Source: the human T2T-CHM13v2.0 reference genome, Homo sapiens
Assembly: GCF_009914755.1 (NCBI RefSeq)
Contig: NC_060935.1
Strand: one strand, 5' to 3'
Length of the DNA: 64,000 bases
The position numbers and the translations under genes were made by a program. Each line of letters opens with the position of its first letter. The first letter of the stretch is position 1. Shown here piece after piece: positions 1-11,640 of this stretch. Below the pieces are notes generated by a model. The model was given only the letters and a program-made list of their open reading frames with translations. It ran no database searches and was not told the DNA's origin.

Positions 1-182
1 TTCATGCTCTCCACACTTCGTGCCACTCATCAATCAGTCCTTTGACTTGCTTTTGGTCTGCTTCTTCTCCCGATATTCTCAACTCTTCAGAATTTTGCTC
101 CAATGTGTCATCGCTTCCCATTTCTTTAACAATTTATTTCCTTCGATTTCTTCTTTTCTGCCCAGAATTTTACTGTTCCTCC

Positions 183-660
183 TGTGGTAGGTGGGAAAAA
201 AATGCCCCCCTAAAGATGTATTCATGTCCTAATTCCTGGAACCTGTGAATATTGCCTTACAAGGCAGAGGAGTGAACATCATCTTCATTGGCAAAAGATG
301 TGATTAAGTTAAATTTGTTGGAAGGAGGAACGTGTTCTGTATCATCAGGGTGGTCCTAAATCCAATCATAAGTGACCTTATGGAGAGAAGCAGAGGGAGT
401 TTTGAGACTGGCACGCAGAGAAGGTGAAGATAGGGACTGACACTGGAGTGATGCAGCCACAAGTCGCAGAGTGCGCACAGCCACCAGAAGCTGCAGAAGG
501 CAAGGAATAGACTTTCTTCTGGAAGCTACAGAGGGCGTATGGCCTGTCGACATCTTGGTTTTGGGCTTATGACTTCTAGAACCATGGAAGAATGAATTTC
601 TGTTGTTTGATGATGCCGGTTTAGGGCAATTTGTTATGGCAACCCTGGGGGGTGAATACA
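183..660 (+). mobile_element. MaLR solo LTR (MLT1D-like)
   Basis: TG...CA termini (tgtggtagg...tgaataca), MLT1 motifs (cctaattcctggaacctgtgaatatt; ttgttatggcaacc), perfect 5-bp TSD CCTCC at 178-182 and 661-665. Confidence 0.9.
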
Positions 661-1002
661 CCTCCTCCCTGAGCCCCGGCTCTCTCCTGCAGTGGCTGCA
701 TTTCTTTCATACCTGTATCATCTCTCTGCCTTGAAATTTGGTTTCAAATGCCCTGATAAGGCCAGCTGCAGCCTCTTAACTCTCTAATGTCTAGGCCAGG
801 CCTGTGGTGTTCCATGCAGCTTCCTTCCTCTCCAATGTTACTTCTAATTTTGCCCATCTTTTCTGTGTAACTGTTCCTTTCTTTTGGGCTTCCATTTCTC
901 TGTCAATCTTTGAAGCACTGGCTGTCATCTGGATTCCCCTTGTTGACTCACTGTCCTCTATGTCCACATCGCCTACTAGTAAGATTTAGCTAGAAGGCCC
1001 AT

Positions 1003-1430
1003 TGATGTGGTTCAGATATTCATCCCTTCCAAATGTCATGTTAAAATCTGATCTCCAGTTTTGGAGTGGGGGCCTGGTGGGAGGTGTTTGGGTCATGGAC
1101 GTAGAGCTCTCATGCATAGTTTGTTGCCATCCTTGCAGTGATAAGTGGGTTATCACTCTATCAGTTCCCAGGAGACCTGATTGTTAAAAAGAGCCTGGCA
1201 CCTTCCTCCCTTCTCTCTCTCACTCCCTGTCTTGCCATGCAACATGCTGGCTCCCCTTCCCCTTCTGCCATGACTGGGAACTTCCTGAGGTCCTCGCCAG
1301 AAGGAGATGCCAGCACCATGCTTCTTGTACAGCCTGCAGAACCTTGAACCAATTAAACCTCTTTTCTTGATAAATTATTTAGCTTCAGGTAGTGTTTTAT
1401 AGCAATGCAAATAGACAAGTGGACTAAGAC
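1003..1430 (+). mobile_element. MaLR solo LTR (MST family, MSTB-like)
   Basis: Starts tgatgtggttcagat; contains ggcctggtgggaggtgtttgggtcatgg and cttcttgtacagcctgcagaac; ends ggactaagac; degenerate TSD CCCAT/CCCGT. Confidence 0.88.
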
Positions 1431-2569
1431 CCGTGGTCGTCGGCAAGGGCTGTGTTCAAGTCTTATTCCAAACCTCAATCACTACTTCTCCTCTTCTGCT
1501 CCCAACTCCCACAACCTAAGCTGACTCTACCTCTTTTGGTTTTGTTAGAATCAAAAGTAGCAATCATCCACGGCCACTAAACCAAGAGGCGCATCAGACA
1601 CAGCAGGACCATTGACACAGCAGGGCTCCTGTGCAGGCCTTTAATCAAGGCCCTCATTGGCTGCTGTCCTGGCTTTCCAAACATTCTTTGTCTTACACTG
1701 TGGAACACAGCCAGAGCTGGGACCAGAAAAGGGTTCTCTGTCCCTGGGGGTCATATATAGGCCTCACTCAGACTTTCTACCAGGTTATTCCAGTGCTTAT
1801 CCAATGGCTTCTGAAAAAATGCAGGCCACTCCTTCAGCAGGAGACCAGCCCCCTAGCCACTGGCTTGCCTGGGCACACCATGCCCTCAGTATTCATGCTG
1901 CCTGTTGCTAACAGGTAAGAAAGGGGCAGCACGATGCTGTGAGCAGAGCCAGTAAGGGGTGAGCCTGGGACTGGTGGCTTCGTAGCTCAGCAACAGGTGG
2001 GAGGAACCGCACAGCTGCAACCAGAGCCCGGGAAGTGCTGTTATCTATAACAGGCTAGGCCCAGCCTTTATATTTTTAGTCACCTTCTATCAACTCTTAA
2101 AGCTGGGAATCAGAATCAGTTCTCTGATTATACTTACTTAGGCCAAAAACAGGATGTAGGTATTTTCAGCATTCAGACAGCCTTCCCGGGCTAGGACGAG
2201 CTATCAGCTATAATCACGTGCGCAACTAGCAGATCTTTACTTCCAGCCTAGGCAGCTCCTCTGAACTCCAGCCTAAAGTCGCTCCTGCCTTGATACCCTG
2301 CATACTCCTCAGGCTCAGGCTCCAAATGAAATGAATTCTCTTTCTTCCCCTCTATTTAAAATGTTTTCCTAAATTACTTACTTTATTAGTCAGCAACCCC
2401 ATCCACTGGCGGCCGATGCTGGACCCTAGGGAACCTCTTGACTCCTCCCTCTCTCCTTACCCCTATCCTAGCATTCCGGGGTCCCTTCTGCAGGCTTCCT
2501 AAATCTCGCGCCTGCCCTTCAGTGCTACAGCTCCCTTGGCCATATGCCTCAGTCAAATTCTCCATCTCC

Positions 2570-2715
2570 CTATAACTCAGTTTCTCTTGTATAAAGTAGA
2601 AATCTTCATAGTGGCTTCCTGGTAGAGTTATTGTAAACATTAAATATGAAAAACTTTTAAGAGCTTTGAATGGTGTCTGGCACATAACAAACACTCCATA
2701 AATATTAGTGGTATT
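2570..2715 (+). mobile_element. MIR fragment
   Basis: ctcagttttctcttgtataaa...gtctggcacataacaaacactccataaatattag resembles the MIR core and 3' end. Confidence 0.65.
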
Positions 2716-5700
2716 ATATTAAAATCTTTATCATCTTCTATATATTAAACTACTGGGTGACTGACAGTGGATTGGGCCTTCTGCCTTATTTTGTCCTGTT
2801 CAAATCTATTTTTTCCAGAGCTACCAGAGTGATTGATGATTTAATACACAAATCTAATCATATCATCCCTTTTAAAAACCTCTTCAATGGTTTCCCCATT
2901 ACTTACAGGATAAGAGAGTTTCCTAACAAGGTAAATGAGCCCCTCCGTGACATGACTACTGCTCGACTCCTCAGCTTCAACCCAGCATTTTCTGACACAC
3001 TTTATGTTCCATCTGCACTAAACCATGTAAAAAATCACTTAATCCTCGGGGAGCAGGTAGGTGCCTGTGCTCACAAGCTCTTTTGCTGATGCGCCCAACC
3101 CCATCTTCGGCCCACACCTTTCTCCCAGTGGCTGACCCTCATCAGTTTGGGAGTTAGTTCACGTGCCCATTGTACCCTTTCTCACCATCTTTAGATACGG
3201 GGCCGAGTGCCCCTAACTTACAGCCCTGAGCATGCTGATATAGAATGTAACCAGCTGCAGAGGGTATTATGTGTTTATCTCCTCTACATCTTTTTCTGCT
3301 TTGGATCCCAGTGTGTGGCATGGGACATAGTCAATGTTTCCAAAATGCTTGCTCTGCTTAATTGTCTCCTCTGTCTAGGATTAGCTAAAATTCCAGAGTG
3401 GGTTCACAGGAGCCATAACTTTGCCACTTTGATGAATCTGGAAAGCCAGAGAGCAGGCCTGCCATGCTCTACCACGCATGCTGAGACCTGTACAACTCCA
3501 GGGCTTTCCACGCGGGTAGATAGTGTGTTTGGCAGCTCCTGGAACTCGGTGGTAAAGTGGCCTCCTGGAGAGGCCACGGCAATATGAACACCATCATTAG
3601 GAAGCAATTGCTCTGAACACCGTTAACACAAAACATTTAAGGTCAGTTAAGGCTAAAGAGTCCAGGTGGTACAATGCTGGGACCAGAGGGCAGAAGACTG
3701 AAACACTGGAAGGAGACAGGGCTTGGGGACTAGAACGTCTGTGGAGGTGGCCTCCAGAGGCATGGCTGCAAGGGATGGGCACAGGTCCAGAAGGGTCCTT
3801 GCTCCAGGTAGATGGTGGGGGATGCAGGGACTTCAGCTGGGTTGCCTGCTTCTGCCTCTGGGCAGTCATAACGGATAAGCCTTCCAGTCCAAGAAAGAAC
3901 ATGAAATTGAGCAATGCCGGGTAACGGTGCCTCTCTGTGGCTCTGTGGGGTGTGGAGGGCTAGACTCAAGTCCTGCCAGGAAGGATGACCCACCGGAACC
4001 AAGGAGGGGTGACGTGGGCACCTCTTGGTCATGTGAACACTGTGGGGCAGGTAGTGGGGTGAGGGAGGCATTGTCACAGTGGCCATGGGTACCCAGGCCA
4101 TCCTCAGGTGCTTTCTCCCAAGAGGGAGTGGAACTTAGAAGCTGTCAGCAGTGATAGGGTCCTCAGGCAGCCGGGCCTGGGTGCTGGGATGCTGGCTGGG
4201 GAAGGCAGCTTATTCTGCACCTCGCATCCTCAGTGAGAGGACGCAGTGTCATTTTAGAAGGGTTTTCCAGGGAAAACAAGACCCCTTCCACATGGAATGT
4301 ACACATGGATCACAAGAGGTGTCCTTGTTTCAGAAATATTCAAATGAGTAGTTCAGGAAGTAGGGAAGGCAAATCCCGCAGACAGGCACTTAGGGGAAGG
4401 CAGAGGCGGCAGCCCTCAGCCAGCTGTGCATGCCCAGGACTGCAGAGGATCCTGGCGGGCAGGCAGAGAACCCCATCCCTACGGAGACCCTCATCCCTCC
4501 CTGCTCGGCTTATGTTCTGAAGCACTGACTTAGACTGCAAAGCCCCAGAGTGGCTCTGCTCTCCTCTGCCCTCCAAGCAGGGCTGGGCCAGGATTCTCCC
4601 TTTGCTTCAACATTTTCCAGGACTTCCCAAGAAGATCCTATACTCCTCAGTTGCCTGTCCAAGGGCTTTGTGCCACTATCTGTCACTGACACACTTCCTG
4701 GTATCAGAGAAGCTGTGGAGCAGCAGGACACCTGCCTGTCCCTTTTTTGGGATCTTTTTGTGCTGGGTCTTCATCCTTTCCTGGTTTGCTACCCCAGATG
4801 ACGGATATTCCAGAAGCACTCTCTTTGCCTCCTGTACGTTGGCAGAGAAGCAATTTATCACTGCATTTTAAAAAACCCTCATTAAGGCAAATTAAGGCAG
4901 CAAAGCCGACAACAGAGGGTTTTTGAAAAAAATAGTGTTCATGAAATATTTATTAAAACAGCCATTGTAATAAATATTTGAAAACCAGTTATTAACGTTA
5001 AATCATATCAGTGTCAAGCATACGTTACACGCCGTCTGTTCTGCTAATTGAGTGTCAGGGTCAGATGCTCCTTCTCCTGGCAGGTCAGCAGGAGCAGCGT
5101 GCCTGTGAGCCGTGATAACTTCCCAAAGTCTCCACCGAACACCACTCCAGAACCGAGATCATCCAGCAACAGGGAAGCTCCGGGAACGCGGGGCCTTCTC
5201 ACAGCTTCCTGCCCACCTACGGAGACGGACAGGACAGGGGCTTGGGACAAAAACATCAGCACCAGGAGGGGAGTTAAGGGATCCCTTAAGACAGAGAGTT
5301 GTCTCTGCCAGCATTGACGATTTCTTTGGAGATGGGAGTAGTAGAGTTATAGAATGACTGAATTCTAGGAATCACTAGAGATACTATGGAACAAGCCCTT
5401 ATACCCAGCCCAGTGTGATTTAAAACTACACCACACCTGGTTTTGCTTCTATTTGTTTTGCTTTTCCTTCTCCATAAACACATCATGTCCATGTGTGACT
5501 CCAGCCCATCATGACACCTGTAAGTCCTATAACGCACACAGGACATTTATAAAGACACCATGGGCACCCTGACCTTTCAGCCTCAGCTCCAGCTTCCCCC
5601 TCAGCCCGTCCCCGCATGTCCTTCTCTCAGTGTTATTGGCCACTATCCTGCCACGTGTTTGCTCATTTCCATTTTTACCTCCTGGATTGTGTTTTTTAGT

Positions 5701-5859
5701 TTTCTTTAACACAAATTATAAAGACCGAAGCACAAACAATCTACAAACCGAGGACAGACATAGTCATTTTAACCCTCCCTTTGAGGTTCATCAGTATCAC
5801 TGTTGGCTTCCTTACCTGTCTACCTGCCTCTGAACTGAGCACTGTCCAACGTGTTCATT

Positions 5860-6260
5860 CCAGTGGAGTCGCTGACTTTTCTTCCATTCCTGATGCTCTA
5901 TGAGCTCCTCCTTCCAGCCATGGGGCTGTTGAATATGCCATTCCTTGGCCTGGCTTGCTGTCCCCTCAACCTTAGCCATCAGCTCCCTTCTTCTCTCTCT
6001 CCAGTCACAGCTCAGGTGCCACCTTAGGCTTCCATGGCACCATGTGCCTCATATAGACCTCGTCACAACTGTCATTTGATATTCATCTGTGGGACTATCA
6101 GACCAATGTCTGTTTGTCCAACTAACTGGATGATCCATGAGAGACAGGATCCATGTAATTTATCCCCTCTTGAAGCCTAGCATTTAGCACAGAGCCTGAC
6201 ACATAGCAGGTGCAAATAAATGTGTGTTTAGTGAATAAATTAATGAGTGAATAAATAAGT
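5860..6260 (+). mobile_element. L2 3' end
   Basis: tagcacagagcctgacacatagcaggtgcaaataaatgtgtgtttagtgaataaat is a typical L2 terminus. Confidence 0.7.
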
Positions 6261-6346
6261 GGATCCTCTCACAACTATTAATATGTTCCCTCTGGATATT
6301 TTGTATAAGTTCCTACATTATGAAATCATTTAAACATGCACACAAA

Positions 6347-6351
<5 letters not shown>

Positions 6352-6384
<33 letters not shown>

Positions 6385-6675
6385 CATTTGTGTATATATA
6401 TATAATTTGTGTATATATATACATTTGTGTATATATATACACATTTGTGTGTGTGTATATATACATTTGTGTGTGTGTATATATACATTTGTGTGTGTAT
6501 ATATACACATTTGTGTGTGTATATATACACATTTGTGTGTGTATATATACATTTGTGTATATATATACACATTTGTGTGTATATATACATTTGTGTGTAT
6601 ATATATATACATTTGTGTGTATATATACATTTGTGTGTGTATATATACACATTTGTATATATATGTAACATTTGT
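6352..6675. repeat. (GT)n microsatellite followed by a compound minisatellite (~15 units of 18-22 bp, core CATTTG(TG)n(TA)n)
   Basis: Directly visible; explains the six low-complexity ORFs at 6313-6768. Confidence 0.95.
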
Positions 6676-8339
6676 AAACCACTATATGTAATATCATTTA
6701 TTTACTACATAAAACCAAACAATATGACATATTCCTGTGTTATTATTTCCACTGAGGCAGGACTCTGAGGCTCAGAAAGCTTAGGTCATTTGTTTAGGGT
6801 CATACAGCTCATGAAGAGTAGATCCTAGGCTTCTGATTTTATGCTTTCTCGACTACATCTTGCAGCTTCTTCTAAAGTTAGATGATTTGTGAAAGGCTCA
6901 AGTGCATAAGTCACAGTGACTATATGGATATAAAAAATGAATTTTCTTTGGGTTATCCGTTCCTCCCTTGCTCATTTCTTATGACTTCCACCCAAGATTC
7001 CTGACAACTCGGTCTAAGGTAAGTTCGTTGTGTCTATAAAAGCATGGATAAAAGGCAATGGTAGAAAATGCATCTGAAAAGTGGAACATCAGTGTGCTTT
7101 GTACTTTGCACAGCAGAGTCCTGAGAAAGCTGGGAGCAGGGATCTTACTTAAATGGATTCAAGTTTCTGAGTCCTTAACAGTTCCAAAGCCTGCAAAGAT
7201 GCTATCGCAATGTACCAGTAAACATAATAATAAGAAAGCTGTTCAAACCTGATGAGGGGCAAAGCCAACGATTATTTTTCAATATAATATAAACTGAATG
7301 ATTCGCCAGTGGGGCAAGATAATTATCCCATGAGCTTTCCTGAAAGAACAGAATAAATGTGCATTCTACAAACCACAGTCTCAGATGAAGCAAAGCAAGA
7401 AAATAAATCTTAATGTCTGGATAATAACAGATACAGTAAAATCAATATTGATTATTTGGAGAAAAAGGCAGTAAAAATGTTAAGTTCTAACGCTAAAATT
7501 ATACTAAAAAGCTAGAGTTTAAACACAGAGTATGGGTCTGGAATGCATATAAAGCATTTTCTGAGCACCAGTACAGATATTTTATTTCTAGTGTCAACAC
7601 ACTCTGCTTTATGGGAGGATACGGCTGCGTGTTTAGAGGCCTCAGAAGCAGAAGGCGGTGATAGTACCAACGGTTTCGATTAATTGGGATCTCGTGGGGT
7701 CTGTAAATCTCTTACCTTTGTTTTTGGCCCTGTCATATTTCTCCATGGCCGTGGGGACAGGATAGAGATATATGTGTCCTTCACATTGATATAAGTGAAA
7801 AGAAGAAACAAAGAGCAGAAACTGCCAGAAAAACAGTGAACTCAGCTCCTCTGTAATAAGATGTATAATGCTAAGCAGGTCACTCACTTGTCTTGCTGCT
7901 TCTGTGACGTGAAGGTATCTTTGCAGCTAGGTTAAAGAACCATTTATCCATGGAGGCTCTGCAACCCACAGAGGAAGGAAACTGAAGACCAAGCAGAAGT
8001 AAAATGCAAGATAATTTAGTTTATTTTGAAACAGAAAGTGTCCTGAAGCTCATTAAGCATACCCATTTTAACAATGAGAAAGCATAGTCCAGTTCAGTGA
8101 GGCTGCGCCGTGTGCTCTGAGATGTGCGTGTATGTACAGACACAGTGCACCTTTCCAGTGCTGTTGAGATGAGGGGAGCAGGAGGGTGTCAGGGGAGGAA
8201 AGGTGACAAACAGTGCATGTGCAGGACGAGGACAGAATGGAGCTCAGAGAGAGAGATGGTTGCATAGGGAAAGATGCTGATGACAGAAACATGCTGGGAT
8301 CAAGAGTCTTGCCCCTTCTTCTGACTGTTTTGTTTGTTT

Positions 8340-9180
<841 letters not shown>

Positions 9181-9479
9181 CCAACTATTACTCAGTCTCT
9201 CTTGGCCCGGTCCTCTTTTCTAAAATAAGGAAGAAATGGAGAGATGACACCTCAACCCCAATGCCCCAAAGTCTACAGTGTTCTGGAATCCCAACGTGTT
9301 CCTCACCCAGGCCCTATACCTTGGCGATGCTTCCTATTATCACTACAAATCCACCTTGAACATTGTCTATTCAGCTTTAATCAAGATAATATACGCATAT
9401 TGTAATAAATCTAGTGTTATAAACAGCCCCTGGCCCCACCCCCTATTCCCTCTATTGTCAGTCATGTTCTGTCCTTTTA

Positions 9480-9657
9480 GAGTGGTGATTCTCTCCTGGT
9501 TGCACTTTCCATTGGCCTGGGACCTTTCAAAAAACCTCAACACTCCAACCTCATCCTAATGGAATTAAATCAATCAGAATCTCAGGGGTGGGACACAGAC
9601 ATCAGTATTGTTTAAGGCCCCCAGATCCTTGTGTTGTGTAGCCAGGGTTGAAACCAT
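9480..9657. mobile_element. MER5A-like hAT-Charlie DNA transposon
   Basis: aatcagaatctcaggggtggg...catcagtatt...gccagggttgaaacca. Confidence 0.7.
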
Positions 9658-9788
9658 GTCCTAATCTAGGGCCTCACAATAGAACCTAGGAAGTATGCTT
9701 AAAACTTTTTCTTCATTTACCAGTTGTAGTCAATCTTAATCTACTTCTTATATAAATGATGAGAATTTAGGTTATCAATGCTCCTCCT

Positions 9789-10050
9789 ACACACACACAC
9801 ACACACACACCATATATACATACATTATATATATATATATATACATTATATATATATATATATAATGTATGTATATATGTATCCTTCTCAATATTTGAAA
9901 ATTTTATTGTTGTTTTTTAAGAGATTACGCTATTTGGTTACACTAAATATATATACTTAAAAATATATTTAAAAATATATTTTTATATTATACTTAATAT
10001 ATATATACTTAAATAAAAATATATATACTTAAAAATATATTTTAAAAAAA
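9789..10050. repeat. (CA)n/(TA)n and AT-rich low-complexity repeat
   Basis: Directly visible; atatatacttaaaaatatattt recurs. Confidence 0.9.
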
Positions 10051-10739
10051 TAAGGATTTTTACAACATCAACTTTTGATGCTATCATTTGATTATTCTCT
10101 AGTGGACATGAGGGTATTAATGTCTCTAAATTGTTATTCCTTATTTTCTTCCCCTTCTATATCACACTCTTTTTCTCTCGCTTTGTCAAGGCTGATAAAT
10201 CATTCACTTGCTGCACTGCAGCCACAAGCAAGGCTTCTGTTCTTTGTCCACAGATTTTATTTAAAAGTTGAAAATTAATAAACAGCATTTACATTATTCT
10301 GACCACGAAACGTATTATTCAATCTCTGGCCAAGGAGAGGGCTGGGATTACATTTCCTTCTCTATGGGAGGTCCCTCTAGGAGACTATTCCTAGATTCTA
10401 AGTCAAATAGATTCTTTTCTTACACCCCATCATTTGCTTAAAATCATGCCTAGTTTATACTGTTTTCTATTTAGAACGTGCATTTTTATGCTGTTTTGAG
10501 AGAAATTAATATCTTTTTATGGTTGTGCCATTGTCTTTATCATGCCCTCGGTTATTTTTCAAACTCTCAATGAGACCCTCTGTCTTCATGAGTCCTCTGT
10601 TTGTCTTTTCCACTCCCGTCCTGGAGCACCATCCTTCTCCCCCCATCTCTATGGATCACCTTTAGGCTCCATACACAGCAGTCATGATGAATGGCCTCTG
10701 CTGCCCTCTTAAGTGGGATTTTCTGGTTTTTGGATCAAG

Positions 10740-11640
10740 TTTTTCTATTCTGGGATCATCCCTATGATGGAGTCCATTCTCAAACAATTTCCCAAGAAAA
10801 GGTGTTTGAGAAGTAACATTTTTTATTCTTACATTCTAAAAGCAACTTTATTCTACTTCTTGATAGTAGAATATCATCTGAGTAGCAATCATCTAGACTT
10901 AGTTGATTGTCTAGATGAGCATAGAATTCTGGATTAAAATTATATTCCTCCTGAACATTGAAAGCACCCCTTCATTTTTTTCCTGAATCCAGGTTGCTGC
11001 TAATTGAGAATCAGATGGGATGCATGTTTGATTCTTATTCTTTGTAGGTAACTTTTTTTTTTTTGGTCCATCTGGAAGCTTTTCTGTTTGTCTGTGTCAT
11101 TATGTTTAGTTGCAGTTCTTTTTCTTTGGAGTATGCTGGATACTCTAGGAGCTCATTTAATCTAAAGTCTCATGTCTTTGATCTGCAGAAACTCTCATTT
11201 CTTGTTTCATTGACAATCCTTTCCTTCAATTTGTTTATTCTCTCTTTCTATGTAGGATGTGCATTAGTTGGATGTTACATCTCTTGAATTGCTCCTCTGT
11301 AGCTTAGTTGTCCTTATAATTTCTTTTCTTTGACTCTGTGCTTTGTGTTCTAGGAGCTTTTCTTAATATTGTTTTCTACTCATAGCACTTTAAATTGTCA
11401 GTTGCATTTTAATATTTATGAGCTTATTCTTATGCTCCCATTGTTCCCTTTTCATCGTGGAGAAAGTATCTTTGTCAATCTCTCTGAGATGGTGATGATG
11501 ATGATGATAATGGTGAAAGTTCTATTCTGTTTCTTAAATCATGTCTTTTTCTTCCAGAGCCCTTTGATTTTGTCTTTTTCCTGCTTGCAGTTCTCCTTAT
11601 ATACAAACACTCCTTGTTTAGTTGTTAACACTGACGAGAG
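10740..11640 (-). mobile_element. Highly diverged old L1 (L1ME/L1M-type) fragment
   Basis: T-rich; atagaattctggattaaaattat, ctttgtaggtaacttt and ctctttctatgtagg resemble antisense old-L1 ORF1 region. Confidence 0.5.

Larger units (their letters stand above)
1..1760 (-). mobile_element. Fossil LTR-retroelement internal region (aspartic protease + pre-RT linker; Ty3/Gypsy-like such as MamGyp-int, or class III ERV-like), interrupted by two MaLR LTRs
   Basis: Manual minus-strand translation gives, in order and with stops/frameshifts: FGKPGQQPMRALI (to 1643), xTGA (1634-1624), AVSMV, VVGVG (1515-1501), ILLVGD (985-968), then QKQVKGLIDEWHEVW (LIDEWHEVW at 37-11). The minus strand is purine-rich, as expected for coding sequence. 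Confidence 0.55.

Noticed and set aside
6313-6768. Six overlapping 105-123 aa ORFs
   Set aside because: Artefact of a stop-free simple repeat
10889-10918. 10-bp-stem hairpin TCATCTAGAC/GTCTAGATGA
   Set aside because: Isolated, inside old L1-like sequence; compatible with chance or a local fold-back
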